Shown here one piece after another: positions 1-10,005 of a DNA stretch of 64,000 bases. The stretch covers positions 25,574 through 89,573 of the forward strand of contig CAZWUJ010000013.1 of the NCBI GenBank assembly GCA_964636705.1. Direction: 5' to 3'. Origin of the DNA: an uncultured Vicinamibacteraceae bacterium (GTDB taxonomy: Bacteria > Acidobacteriota > Vicinamibacteria > Vicinamibacterales > UBA8438). Position 1 is the stretch's first letter; every line of letters starts with the position of its first letter. The position numbers and the translations under genes were made by a program. Under the pieces are notes generated by a model, which saw only the letters and a list, made by a program, of their open reading frames with translations, was not told the DNA's origin and did not search any database.

Positions 1-4
1 TAAA

Positions 5-56
5 GGTCCGCCGGCGTCCACGCCGGCACCTTTGCCGGCCTGGAGGCCGGCGGACC
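5..56. repeat. Inverted pair of REP-like 23-nt hairpin units
   Basis: GGTCCGCCGGCGTCCACGCCGGC (5-27) and GCCGGCCTGGAGGCCGGCGGACC (34-56) are opposite-orientation copies of the unit that recurs at 20930, 33560, 36709 and 43388. Each unit has a 7-bp GC stem around a 4-nt loop. Confidence 0.8.
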
Positions 57-72
57 GTGGATAATCGGTGAC

Positions 73-1188
73 GTGCAACGGATCGGCGCCGCCCTCCTGT
101 TCGTTTGCCTGCTGCCCGCCGCGACGGCGGCGGCGCATCCGCTCAGCTTCACGCAGGTGACGCTGGCGCTGCAGCCGGACGGCACCTTTGCAGCGGAACT
201 CATCTACGACCTGGACGCCCTGGCGTTGGGTGTGCCGATCGACACCGACGACGCCGAGCTCGCCGCGGCGCTGGCGGAGCTGCCACCGGAGGATTTCGAA
301 CAGCGCGTCGACCGGCTGCGCACCCTGTTCGAACGCCGCGTCCGCGTCCGCTTCGACGGAGAGCCGGTCCCGTTCGATGTCGCCTTCCCGGACTACGGCA
401 CGTCCCGGGCCACCGAGGCGGAAATCCCGACGGTGCTCGGCCTGACGGCGCGCCTGACCGGCCGCGTCCCGGAGGGCGCGGCCAATGTCGGCTTCTTCGC
501 GTCGCGCGCATTCGGCGAGGTGCACCTGACGATGGTCGATGCCATGCGCGGCATCGAGGTCCGCTCCGTCCTCGAGGCGGGCGCCCGCAGCGATCCGTTT
601 GACCTGACGGCTCCGGTCGAGCCGCCGGCGCGAGCGGAGGTCGCGTGGCGCTACGCCCGGCTCGGCTTCGTTCATATCGTGCCGGAGGGAACGGATCACA
701 TACTCTTCGTCCTCGGCCTGTTTCTGCTGAGCGCGCGGCTGCGTCCCCTGGTCTGGCAGGTGACGGCGTTCACGTTGGCGCACGCGGTAACGCTGACCCT
801 CGCCGCCTTCGACGTCGTGACCCTGCCGCCCCGCGTGGTAGAGCCGCTCATCGCGCTGTCGGTGGCCTACGTCGCCATCGAGAACGTGTTGACCGACCGC
901 ATGACACGCTGGCGGCCGGGAGTGGTGTTCGCCTTCGGCCTGCTGCACGGCCTCGGCTTCGCGGGCGTCCTGGGGGAGCTGGGACTCCCCGAGGACGAGC
1001 GCCTGCTGGCCCTGCTGTCGTTCAATGCGGGCATCGAGGTCGGGCAGCTCGCCGTTATCGCCACCGCGGCGCTGGCCATCGGCTGGTGGCGAACGCGAGC
1101 GTGGTACCGCCGCCGGGTGACGGTGCCGGCGTCGCTGGCGATCGCCGTGGCCGGGGTGGTCTGGGCGGTGGAGCGCGCCTTCTACTGA
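73..1188 (+). CDS. HupE/UreJ-family membrane protein with N-terminal periplasmic extension
   Basis: 371-aa ORF with signal peptide 'LLFVCLLPAATAAAHP'. The C-terminal TM block 'DHILFVLGLFLL ... LLHGLGFAGVL ... FNAGIEVGQL' is typical of HupE/UreJ. Confidence 0.7.
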   Translation: MQRIGAALLFVCLLPAATAAAHPLSFTQVTLALQPDGTFAAELIYDLDALALGVPIDTDDAELAAALAELPPEDFEQRVDRLRTLFERRVRVRFDGEPVPFDVAFPDYGTSRATEAEIPTVLGLTARLTGRVPEGAANVGFFASRAFGEVHLTMVDAMRGIEVRSVLEAGARSDPFDLTAPVEPPARAEVAWRYARLGFVHIVPEGTDHILFVLGLFLLSARLRPLVWQVTAFTLAHAVTLTLAAFDVVTLPPRVVEPLIALSVAYVAIENVLTDRMTRWRPGVVFAFGLLHGLGFAGVLGELGLPEDERLLALLSFNAGIEVGQLAVIATAALAIGWWRTRAWYRRRVTVPASLAIAVAGVVWAVERAFY

Positions 1189-1242
1189 GGCGCCCCGTCG
1201 GCTGGACGCCACGCCCGACCGCGGCCCGCGCGCCGCGGCGCG

Positions 1243-1563
1243 TCAGGCGGTGGGCTCGCTCTCGGCGCGGCGGGCGATGAGTCGGCCGATCGCCTTCAGC
1301 TTGCTCCAGAAGAAATCGAACTGGCCGAGCAGCGCGCCGTAGCCCAGCAGGAGCAACTGGTAGATCGGCAGCATGATCACGAGGTAGATCAACCAGCCGA
1401 GCCAGCCCGGGGTGCCGGCCGGCAGCAGCCACGCCGTCACCGGCTCCTTCAGGCCCGCCGTGGTCATGCCGGCGAGAGAGAACGCGGTCAGGATGGCAAC
1501 CACACCGACGGGCCCAACGCCCCACCGGGACTTCATCCGCTGAACCAGTCCGCGTTGCGTCAT
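1243..1563 (-). CDS. Small integral membrane protein (hypothetical)
   Basis: 106-aa ORF with two or three hydrophobic helices ('VGVVAILTAFSLAGM', 'WLGWLIYLVIMLPIYQLLLLGYGALL'). It sits in an otherwise empty gap. No function recognised. Confidence 0.5.
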   Translation of the reverse strand: MTQRGLVQRMKSRWGVGPVGVVAILTAFSLAGMTTAGLKEPVTAWLLPAGTPGWLGWLIYLVIMLPIYQLLLLGYGALLGQFDFFWSKLKAIGRLIARRAESEPTA

Positions 1564-1738
1564 GAATCGGTCGTCTGGATGGAGCTGGGGTTGCCTCGGG
1601 TCGGAGTAAACGCCACGACGGAGCGCCGGGTCGGATCGTATCAGACCGGCTGCGGCCCGCCCTCGGCGCCGGGCGTTCGGGGGGTCGCGTGCTAGAATCG
1701 CGGTTTGGCTCCGGCTTCACTTGAGTGAGGGATTGGCA

Positions 1739-3961
1739 ATGATCAGGGTGACTTTTTCGGTGCCGCTGCGCGCCGCGGCCCTCGCTTCCTGCCTCGTCGC
1801 GACAGGACTGTTCCTGCCGGCGTCCGGCGCGGAGGCACAGGACTGGCCGAGCTGGCGCGGGCGGGCCCAGACCGGCGTCTCCGAGTTGACGGGGCTGCCG
1901 TCGAGCTGGTCGGTGGACGGCGAGAACCTCGTCTGGTTCCAGCCCTACATCGCGCGGTCGACGCCGGCCGTCTTCGACGGGCGCGTCTGCGCCAACGGGC
2001 GGACGGGCGAGGATGTCGAAAAGAAGGAGATCGTCACCTGCTGGAACGCCGAGGACGGCACCGAGCTCTGGGAGCACACCTTCAGCGTTCTGAACACGAC
2101 TGTCCCGTACAACCGGGTCGGCTGGGGGAGCGTCACCGGCGATCCCGAGACCGGCTATCTCTACGCGTTGAACGTCGACGGCCATCTGCATGCGTTCGAC
2201 CGTGACGGGGAGATCGTCTGGAGCTGGCGCCTGCACGAGGATCTGGGCCGCGCCTCGGGCTACGGCGGCCGGACATCGACCCCCGTCATCGACGAGGACC
2301 GGCTGATCCTCAGCGTCATCGGCTCGGCGTGGGGCGATCTCGGCGGTCCTCCCAGGCACCGCTACGTCGCGTTCAACAAGAGGAACGGCGACGTCGAGTG
2401 GGTCTCGACGCCCGGCGGCCAGCCGGCCGATCTGAACACCCAGTCGGTGCCGATCATCGCCGTGGTGAACGGCCAGCGGCTGATCATCGACGGCAACGCC
2501 GACGGCCGCATATACGCGCTGCAGGCCCGAACCGGCGCAAAGGTGTGGGAGTTTCACCTCAGCCAGCGCGGCATCAACGTCTCCCCGGTGATCGACGGAA
2601 CGACCGTCTACGTGGCCCACAGTGAAGAGAACATCGACGTGGGAACGATGGGACGTGTCGTGGCTCTCGATGCCACGCGCGAGGGCGACATCACGGAGAC
2701 CGGCGAGATCTGGCGGATCAACGAACTGGCGGTCGGGTTTTCCTCGCCGCTGATCCATGAGGGCCGCCTCTACCTGATCGACAACTCGGCCAATCTCTAC
2801 GCGATTGACGCATCGGACGGGACCGTGCTGTGGGAGGAGAGCGTCGGCAACGTCGGCAAGTCGTCGCCGGTGTGGGCGGACGGCAAGCTCTACGTCACCG
2901 AGGTCAACGGCAACGTCCACATCCTCCGGCCCGGCGATGACGGCGTCGAGTTTCTCGACAGCGACGAGCTGGAAGTCGAGGACGGCCGCTACGCCGAGAT
3001 ATATGGTTCCTTCGCCCCGGCTTACGGCCGGCTCTACGTCACGGCGGAATCAGGCATCTACTGCATAGGCGATCCCGCCGCCGCGTTCGCCGCGACACCA
3101 GGCGAGACCCCGCCGCTCGGCAACGAGACGGCCGCCACCGGAACGGTCGCAAGCATCCAGGTACACCCGGCCGAAGTAATCGCCAGCGCGGGTGAGACTC
3201 TCCGTTTCCGCGTCGAGGCATTCGATGCGAATGGGCGATCCCTGGGCGCGCGCGACGCCACCTGGTCGCTCGACGGACTGACCGGGGCCCGCCTCCGCGT
3301 CAACGGGGAGTTCCAGTCGCCTCCCCGGTCGGCCAACGAGGCGGGGCGCGTCGTCGCGACGGTCGGCAACGTCTCCGCCGCGGCACGCGTCCGGGTCTTC
3401 TCACCCCTCCCCTGGACGGAGACCTTCGAGAGCGGCCGGCCCGGGCACTGGATTGGTGGCGGCGGCAGCCTCGCGGCGGTCGACGAAGGGGGCGAGCAGC
3501 TCTTTCGCAAGGGTCCGTCGCGCACCGGGATCCACCGGCACGCCATCTACATCGGTCCGTCCCGCATGTCGAACTACACGGTCCAGGCGGACGTGATGTC
3601 GACGGAGAAAGGCCGCCGCCGCCCCGACATCGGCCTGATCAACAGCGGCTACACGATGGACCTGCAGGGCAACCACCAGCGGATCGAGGTCCGATCCTGG
3701 GCGGCGGAGCTGCGGATGGCGGAACGGTTCGATTTCGCCTGGGAGCCGAACGTCTGGTACACGCTGAAACTGCGCGTCGACACCGATGACGATCGCGCGC
3801 TGATCCGCGGCAAGGTGTGGCGCCGGGGCGAAGCGGAGCCGGAAGACTGGACCGTCACCGCAGAGGATCCTCAACCGGTCCGCAACGGCAGCCCCGGACT
3901 CATCGGCTATTCGCCCATCGACATCTACTACGACAACGTGCATGTAATGGAGAACCAATGA
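1739..3961 (+). CDS. Secreted PQQ-like beta-propeller repeat protein with Ig-like and concanavalin/LamG-like C-terminal domains
   Basis: Signal peptide, then 'DWPSWRG' and repeated 'G.LYALN.DG.L.A.D..TG..VW' blades. C-terminus reads 'NYTVQADV...GLINSGY...WYTLKLRV'. ATG at 1739 is preceded by GAGGGA; the ORF track starts at an upstream TTG (1721). Confidence 0.8.
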   Translation: MIRVTFSVPLRAAALASCLVATGLFLPASGAEAQDWPSWRGRAQTGVSELTGLPSSWSVDGENLVWFQPYIARSTPAVFDGRVCANGRTGEDVEKKEIVTCWNAEDGTELWEHTFSVLNTTVPYNRVGWGSVTGDPETGYLYALNVDGHLHAFDRDGEIVWSWRLHEDLGRASGYGGRTSTPVIDEDRLILSVIGSAWGDLGGPPRHRYVAFNKRNGDVEWVSTPGGQPADLNTQSVPIIAVVNGQRLIIDGNADGRIYALQARTGAKVWEFHLSQRGINVSPVIDGTTVYVAHSEENIDVGTMGRVVALDATREGDITETGEIWRINELAVGFSSPLIHEGRLYLIDNSANLYAIDASDGTVLWEESVGNVGKSSPVWADGKLYVTEVNGNVHILRPGDDGVEFLDSDELEVEDGRYAEIYGSFAPAYGRLYVTAESGIYCIGDPAAAFAATPGETPPLGNETAATGTVASIQVHPAEVIASAGETLRFRVEAFDANGRSLGARDATWSLDGLTGARLRVNGEFQSPPRSANEAGRVVATVGNVSAAARVRVFSPLPWTETFESGRPGHWIGGGGSLAAVDEGGEQLFRKGPSRTGIHRHAIYIGPSRMSNYTVQADVMSTEKGRRRPDIGLINSGYTMDLQGNHQRIEVRSWAAELRMAERFDFAWEPNVWYTLKLRVDTDDDRALIRGKVWRRGEAEPEDWTVTAEDPQPVRNGSPGLIGYSPIDIYYDNVHVMENQ

Positions 3962-5409
3962 CTCGACGCTCGCTGATCACCGGAACCTGCATCGCGCTCT
4001 TTGCCGCTCTGGCCGCGCCGGCCGCCGCGCAGCAGGTGGCGATGTTCGGGAACACGCCCGACCGCAACATGGTGTCCAACGAGACCGGCGTCGTCTCGGA
4101 ATGGGACGTCGACACCGGGCGGAACGTCCTCTGGTCGCAGCCGGTCGGATCGCAGGCCTACGGCGGGCCGGTGGTGGCCAACGGCCGGGTCTATGTCGGC
4201 ACGAACAACGAGGGACGGCGCGATCCGGCGATCGAGGGAGACAAGGGCGTCGTCATGGCGTTCGACGCCGCAAGCGGCGACTTCCTCTGGCAAATGGTCC
4301 ACCCGAAGCTGTCCTCGGGCCGCGTGAACGACTGGCCGCTGCAAGGCGTCTGCTCCACCGCGTTCATCGACGGGGACCGTATCTGGTACGTCTCGAACGA
4401 GGCGCACGTCGTCTGCCTCGACGCCAAGGGCCTCGCCGACGGTAACGAAGGACCGTTCATGGACGAGGAGAACATGGGCGACCAGCATGGCGACATCATC
4501 TGGTCCTACGACATGATCGGCGAGCTGGACGTTTTCCCCCACAACCTCGCCACCGGCTCACCCCTCATCGTCGGCGATGTCCTCTACACGGTGACCAGCA
4601 ACGGCGTCGACGAGGGGCACGTCAATATCCCGTCGCCCTTCTCGCCGGATTTCATTGCCCTCGACAAGAACACCGGCGAACTGCTCTGGGAATCGAACCC
4701 GGTGAGCGAGGGAATCCTCCACGGCGCCTGGACCAACCCCGCCTACGCGGTCATCGAGGGCCGCGCCCAGGTGATCTTCCCCGGCGGCAACGGCGTCATC
4801 TACAGCCTCGATCCGGAGACGGGCGACCTGCTCTGGGAGTTCGACTGCAACCCGGAAGACTCCGAGTGGATCCTGGGGGGGCGGGGCACGCGCAACAACA
4901 TCCTCTCGACGCCCGTGATCTACGACGACAAGGTCTACATCGGCGTCGGCCAGGATCCGGAGCACGGCGAGGCGCCGGGCCACTTCTGGGTGATCGACGC
5001 CACCGGCAGCGGCGACGTGACCGATACGCACGTCGTCTGGCACCGCGGCGGCGAGGACTTCTACCGGACGATGTCGACCGCCGCCATCGCCGACGGCGTC
5101 CTGTACATCTCGAGCCTCTCCGGCTTCCTGCACGCCCTCGACCCGCAGACCGGCGAGGAGTTCTGGACCTACGACACGTTCGCGGCCGTCTGGGGCTCGC
5201 CGTTCGTCGCCGATGGCAAGGTCTTCCTGGGCGACGAGGATGGCGACGTTGTTGTCCTCCGCGCCGGCCGCGAGATGGAGGTCATCGGCGAGTACAACCT
5301 GGGCGCCGCCGTCTACTGCACCCCGGTCGTCCGCGACGGCATCCTCTACGTCCTCACCCGGAACCGCCTGTGGGCGTTTCAGGAGGGCGCGCAGGGCGAA
5401 CCGTTCTGA
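3958..5409 (+). CDS. Secreted PQQ-like beta-propeller repeat protein
   Basis: Internal ATG at 3958 gives the signal peptide 'MTRRSLITGTCIALFAALAAPAAAQQ' and overlaps the upstream stop (ATGA). Propeller blades include 'DGVLYISSLSGFLHALDPQTGEEFW' and 'DGKVFLGDEDGDVVVL'. Confidence 0.8.
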   Translation: MTRRSLITGTCIALFAALAAPAAAQQVAMFGNTPDRNMVSNETGVVSEWDVDTGRNVLWSQPVGSQAYGGPVVANGRVYVGTNNEGRRDPAIEGDKGVVMAFDAASGDFLWQMVHPKLSSGRVNDWPLQGVCSTAFIDGDRIWYVSNEAHVVCLDAKGLADGNEGPFMDEENMGDQHGDIIWSYDMIGELDVFPHNLATGSPLIVGDVLYTVTSNGVDEGHVNIPSPFSPDFIALDKNTGELLWESNPVSEGILHGAWTNPAYAVIEGRAQVIFPGGNGVIYSLDPETGDLLWEFDCNPEDSEWILGGRGTRNNILSTPVIYDDKVYIGVGQDPEHGEAPGHFWVIDATGSGDVTDTHVVWHRGGEDFYRTMSTAAIADGVLYISSLSGFLHALDPQTGEEFWTYDTFAAVWGSPFVADGKVFLGDEDGDVVVLRAGREMEVIGEYNLGAAVYCTPVVRDGILYVLTRNRLWAFQEGAQGEPF

Positions 5410-6855
5410 TCACCGCAGGCCGACGAGGCCCGTTACCGACGCCGCGAGGGCCGGCGCGTCGTAGCCGACCCCTTCCTTGAAGACCAGGGTCACGTTGCGG
5501 ATCTCGGCCTCGCGGCGCACGGGGTCGCCATCGATGACGACGAGGTCGGCCAGCTTGCCCGGCTCGATGGAGCCGAACCGGGTGTCCTCACCCAGCACGA
5601 TGGCGCCGTTGAGCGTCATGATCTGGATGACCTGCTCCGGGCTGAAGCCGGACTCGAGTAGCAGCTCGTAGTTGCGCTGATCGCCGTAGCCGGGCAACGC
5701 CCCGCCCATGCCGGTGGGATCGACCCCGGCGGCGAGCAGTCCGCCCGCCTCAACGAACATCCGCTCGAACTCCTGCGCCTTCGGGAACAGCGTCGCCATC
5801 GGGGCATCGTCGCGTGAGGCGACATCGGCGCGCGACTGCAGGTACTCCTCGCGGGCGCCGGGAGCCAGCGCGTCGAGGACGCGTTGCTCCAGCGGCGGGC
5901 GGTTGGGGACGCCGAGCTCGTAGACGGGGAGCGTCGAGGTCATGGCGACGCCTGCTTCGACCATCGCACGGATGGTGGCCGCTACTTCCTCGCCTTCCAG
6001 GTCGACCTCCAGCAGGCTGCGCTGCACGCCGGGCGGGCACACGCCGGGTTGCTTGTTGGGGACGTAGTCGCTGTTGGTGAAGAAACCGTGCTCGATGTTG
6101 TCGATGCCGAGGGCCACCGCCTCCTGGAACGAGACCGAGCAGAGATGGCCGGTGACCTTCACGCCCCGGCGATGCGCCTCGTCGATGGCGGCGGCCAGCT
6201 CCTCGTCGCCGATGCGGGTATAGGCCTTGAACCAGTCGACGCCCTCGTCGGCCCAGTAGGCGACGACGCGGCGGGCATCCTCCGGCGTTCCGACCTGGAA
6301 CATCTGCGACATCGCGCCGGCCCCCGAGAGGTACGGCCCGGTGATGTACATCCGCGGACCGATCTCCTGGCCCTCCTGGATCGACCGCTTGAGGTTCAGC
6401 TCGCTGTAGGGCGAGAAGGCGCCAGTGGTGCGGATGGTAGTCACGCCACTGGCCAGATAGAGGCGGGGCGCGCTGAAGTTGAGCTGCACGCGCCGGCCGC
6501 GGGTCATGTAGAACGTGTGGTCGTGCAGGCCGATGAAGCCGGGGACCACGGTATGCCCATCAAGGGCAAGGACGCGGGCGCCGTCCGGTATCCCGACATC
6601 GCCCTCCGGGCCCACCGCGGCGATGCGGCCGTCGCGGATCAGGATGGTCTGCCCGCCGGCCGCGGGAGCGCCGGTCCCATCCACCACCTGTACGCCAGTC
6701 AGGGCCACCATCGGGTCGTCGACTTCGACGAACTCCCGCACCGCGGCGGAGAGCGACTCCGCCGATTGCGCCGCGGCGGGTGAAGCGGCGGCCAGCACGG
6801 CAACGGCGACCGCGAGGGCGGCGAAACGGACGCGTCCGGTATTCAGCATGCGCAT
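5410..6855 (-). CDS. Periplasmic amidohydrolase-family protein
   Basis: Start at 'MRMLNTGRVRFAALAVAVAVLAAASPAAAQ' (signal peptide). Metal-binding motif 'GFIGLHDHTF', then 'VTGHLCS', 'NIEHGFF' and 'LADLVVIDGDP'. Confidence 0.8.
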   Translation of the reverse strand: MRMLNTGRVRFAALAVAVAVLAAASPAAAQSAESLSAAVREFVEVDDPMVALTGVQVVDGTGAPAAGGQTILIRDGRIAAVGPEGDVGIPDGARVLALDGHTVVPGFIGLHDHTFYMTRGRRVQLNFSAPRLYLASGVTTIRTTGAFSPYSELNLKRSIQEGQEIGPRMYITGPYLSGAGAMSQMFQVGTPEDARRVVAYWADEGVDWFKAYTRIGDEELAAAIDEAHRRGVKVTGHLCSVSFQEAVALGIDNIEHGFFTNSDYVPNKQPGVCPPGVQRSLLEVDLEGEEVAATIRAMVEAGVAMTSTLPVYELGVPNRPPLEQRVLDALAPGAREEYLQSRADVASRDDAPMATLFPKAQEFERMFVEAGGLLAAGVDPTGMGGALPGYGDQRNYELLLESGFSPEQVIQIMTLNGAIVLGEDTRFGSIEPGKLADLVVIDGDPVRREAEIRNVTLVFKEGVGYDAPALAASVTGLVGLR

Positions 6856-6890
6856 GGTGGCTCCATCACGCGGCCGCGTTCCGGGACCGG

Positions 6891-9107
6891 TCAGCGGCGA
6901 CCCGGAGGCGGTCCGGCCGCGACGTCGAAGACGAGCTTCATCCCCGATTCCAGGTGCTCGGCGATGTGGCAATGTAGCATCCACCGCCCGGGGTTGGACA
7001 GTTCAAGCAGGAGGTCGGCGGTCGAGCCGGCCGGCAGCAGCGTGGTGTCCTTCCAGACCAGATTGTCGTTCGGCACGCCGTCGCGGCTCAGCACCAGGAA
7101 CCGCTGGCCGTGGATGTGAACCGGGTGTTGCATGGCGTGCACGGCGTTGCGGTCGTTGCGCAGGCGGATCCTGACCACGTCGCCCCGGGTGAAGCGCCAG
7201 TCGATGGCGTCGTTCTCGAGGCCGGTGTCGAGGTCGCGCAGGATCCACCGCACCTCATCGGCCGTCGTCACCCAGTTCATGCGCGGCATCGTGCCGCTCC
7301 ACTCGACCGGGTTGAAGAACGACCGGTCCACGTTCAGCAGCGGCTCGATCGGGTCCGGCAGCTCACCGATTTCCAGCGTCAGGAGCAGCCGGTGGTCGAC
7401 CGGCCGGTCGAACTCGTCGCGGTAGCGGTCGATGTCGACTGCGACGTCGGGGTGGCTCCGCAGCTCCCGGAAGCTCGCCGCATGGTCCGGCGCGGCTGGC
7501 GTGTCGGTCACGGTGACGGTGCCGAGCGTCACGTCGTCCGGGAAGTAGTTCCCGTAGACGTGGTCGATCGCCTGCACGCGGTTGACCAGCGGGATCTCCC
7601 CCGCTTCGGCGAAGTGGACCTCGACGATGTAGCGCTCGGCGGGCGCGATCACCACGCTGTCGACCCACGCCTGCCGCTCGAACCTGCCGATGTCGGACGC
7701 GACGAGCTTGATGGCGGCGCCGCCGAACGACAGGTTGAACGTGCGCGTGTTCGAGACGTTGGTCAGGAAGAACCGGACCACCTCGCCCCGTGCCACGGTC
7801 AGGCGGTAGGCGGGCTCGCCGTTGACGAGCAACAGGTTGCCGAAGCGCCCCATCATCGCGTGGGTTGCCCGCTCGCGGCCGAACGGGGCGAGGCCGGTCC
7901 CGCCGACGAGGAGGTCGTCGAGCATCAGCACCTCTTCCCGGTTGGCCGGCCCGAAGTAGTCCGGGTCGGACGCGTCCACCCGCAGGTTGCCGTATAGCCC
8001 CAGGTCCTGCTGCACGTCCTCGCGGTGGTGGGGGTGGTACCAGTAAAGGCCGGCGTCCGGGAAGTGGATCCGGTACTGGAACGTCTGTCCGGGCTCGATC
8101 GGCTCCTGCGTCAGGCCGGGGACGCCGTCGTAGCGGTTCTCGAGGCGGATGCCGTGCCAGTGAACGGCGGTCGCCAGACTGAGGCGGTTGGTGACGTTGA
8201 CCGTGATCGTGGCGTCCTGGGGAACCTGGATGACGGGACCCGGGTACTGCCCGTTGAAGCCGTACATCGTGAACGTGCGGCCGTCGATCGTGCGATCGAC
8301 GAGACCGGCTTCCAGGTCGAGCGTGCCGCCGTCGCCGAGCCGGACGATCTCGCGCGGGCGTGCCGCCGGCGGGCGCGCCGCCGGAGGCAGATCGTCAGCG
8401 GACGGCAGGAACGGATCGACGGGTGGGGTCAGGCGGCCGACGCCCGGCATCATTGCCACCGACGGATGCATCGGTGGCCGCGTCCAGCCGCGCGCGGGGA
8501 GCGGCAGCTCCGCGCCGGCCACCATCCCCGTCACGGCCAGCAGGTCCTCCGGCTCCATGCGCATGCCGGCCGACGTGCCCCGCAGCACGATGCGTCCGTT
8601 CCACGCCGGCGCGTCGGGATCCGCCTCGGCGCTGACGAGCACGACGAACTTGTCGAGGTCGACCGGCCCGACCGTCGTGCGGCCATTCGCCACCGGTCCC
8701 AGGTTCACGACCGGCCGGAGCCGCGGGGTGGTCGCCCAGGCGACGTAGCCGGTGTAGTCGCCGAGCGACGCCGGATCCGGCAGGCCGGCGATGTGCAACG
8801 TGAGATCGAACCGGTGATGGCCGTCCACCGTGACCGAGACGCCGAACGGAGAAGACGGCGGCGTGAGCTCCACGTAGCCGGCCGCACCCGGGAAATCGGG
8901 GGCGTGGATCAGCTCGATGCAGTACAGGTCCGGATCGGCGGCGGGGCCGCGCTCGTCCAAGGCCGGACAGCGCAGCGTGTCACCGGCTTCCTGCCCCGCT
9001 GCCGCGGGCGGGGCGAGGGCCGCGACCGGCGCGGCCACCAGCCACCCCGCGAAGCAGGCCAAGAGCATCGCCGCCGGCAGGGCGCCGTGGTCCCGGTGCA
9101 AGCCCAT
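6891..9107 (-). CDS. Multicopper oxidase family protein
   Basis: All four copper motifs are visible: 'VHWHG', 'WYHPHH', 'HPVHIHG' and 'HCHIAEHLESGM'. The start at M20 (9107) avoids overlap with the abiEii stop at 9127. Confidence 0.85.
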   Translation of the reverse strand: MGLHRDHGALPAAMLLACFAGWLVAAPVAALAPPAAAGQEAGDTLRCPALDERGPAADPDLYCIELIHAPDFPGAAGYVELTPPSSPFGVSVTVDGHHRFDLTLHIAGLPDPASLGDYTGYVAWATTPRLRPVVNLGPVANGRTTVGPVDLDKFVVLVSAEADPDAPAWNGRIVLRGTSAGMRMEPEDLLAVTGMVAGAELPLPARGWTRPPMHPSVAMMPGVGRLTPPVDPFLPSADDLPPAARPPAARPREIVRLGDGGTLDLEAGLVDRTIDGRTFTMYGFNGQYPGPVIQVPQDATITVNVTNRLSLATAVHWHGIRLENRYDGVPGLTQEPIEPGQTFQYRIHFPDAGLYWYHPHHREDVQQDLGLYGNLRVDASDPDYFGPANREEVLMLDDLLVGGTGLAPFGRERATHAMMGRFGNLLLVNGEPAYRLTVARGEVVRFFLTNVSNTRTFNLSFGGAAIKLVASDIGRFERQAWVDSVVIAPAERYIVEVHFAEAGEIPLVNRVQAIDHVYGNYFPDDVTLGTVTVTDTPAAPDHAASFRELRSHPDVAVDIDRYRDEFDRPVDHRLLLTLEIGELPDPIEPLLNVDRSFFNPVEWSGTMPRMNWVTTADEVRWILRDLDTGLENDAIDWRFTRGDVVRIRLRNDRNAVHAMQHPVHIHGQRFLVLSRDGVPNDNLVWKDTTLLPAGSTADLLLELSNPGRWMLHCHIAEHLESGMKLVFDVAAGPPPGRR

Positions 9108-9126
9108 GGAGGTCAGTCTGCCGCAA

Positions 9127-10005
9127 TTACGCCGCGCCTGCCAGATGCGCCGCCCGAGCGACATGGTCGACGGCCCGATCGAGATCGAACCTCGCCAGGT
9201 CGGCTTCCCGCAGAACGGGCTTCAATTGCGGCTCGATCTGACCACGCAGGCGCCTGACTCTCGCGGGTGACATGTCCACCGGTTCGGTCCCCGGCACGGA
9301 AAGCTTGTCTCTCAGCAGCTCGACGAGCGGCGCGTCGCTGACGTCGACTCTCCCGGATGTGATCGCGTGGTCCAGATCGAAGAAGTCACGAATAGCCGGC
9401 TCCGGTCGTGTTATGGCAGCTCGCAGCTTCTCGGCGTACGCTTCACGCACGGACAAGACCCGGGACGAGAAGACCGGGACGGCCGGCGCACCGCTGAAGG
9501 GGTCAACGAGCACGGTGTGGGTCCCGAGCAGGACGGCCGGTTCGACAATCGGCTCACGAAGGCTCACTTCGATCTTGATTGACTCGTCCTGTCCGGTGAC
9601 TTCCGACGCGTAGGTGATACGTGCTCCGTACTGGGTCGACTCGTTGAAGCCGTGCAACTCCCGCGCCAACCGCAGGCGCCGTTGTCGCGCTGGTAGACCG
9701 TTCAGGTGCTCCCTGATCGGGGCGATCCGGCGGCGCCGTTCGCCACGTGCCGAGGTCGTCGGCATGGAAACGGTGAAATCGAGATCCTCGCTGAGGCGGG
9801 AGTAGTCGGAGTGGACCTTGCTGAGGCAGGTTCCGCCCTTGAACACGGGTACGGTGCGGCCCAGTGTCCGCAGGTCAGCAAGAATCAGCGAGCAGTAGTA
9901 GTCCTTCTCGACGAGCCGTTGGCTGAACCCTGTCGCGGCGGCGGTGAACCGGAGAGCATCGCGGAACAACACGGCATCATGGTGATAGCCCGGCGGATCA
10001 TTCAT
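9127..10005 (-). CDS. Nucleotidyltransferase AbiEii/AbiGii-family toxin (type IV TA)
   Basis: 'EKDYYCSLILADL', 'FKGGTCLSKVH' and 'LSEDLDFTV' match the AbiEii family. ATG at 10005 overlaps the upstream antitoxin stop (ATGAATGA). Confidence 0.8.
   Translation of the reverse strand: MNDPPGYHHDAVLFRDALRFTAAATGFSQRLVEKDYYCSLILADLRTLGRTVPVFKGGTCLSKVHSDYSRLSEDLDFTVSMPTTSARGERRRRIAPIREHLNGLPARQRRLRLARELHGFNESTQYGARITYASEVTGQDESIKIEVSLREPIVEPAVLLGTHTVLVDPFSGAPAVPVFSSRVLSVREAYAEKLRAAITRPEPAIRDFFDLDHAITSGRVDVSDAPLVELLRDKLSVPGTEPVDMSPARVRRLRGQIEPQLKPVLREADLARFDLDRAVDHVARAAHLAGAA

Noticed and set aside
1055-2920. 621-aa minus-strand ORF
   Set aside because: It overlaps the PQQ-propeller gene and the small membrane protein in antisense. 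Its composition is dominated by R, P, A and G, and no motifs are visible.
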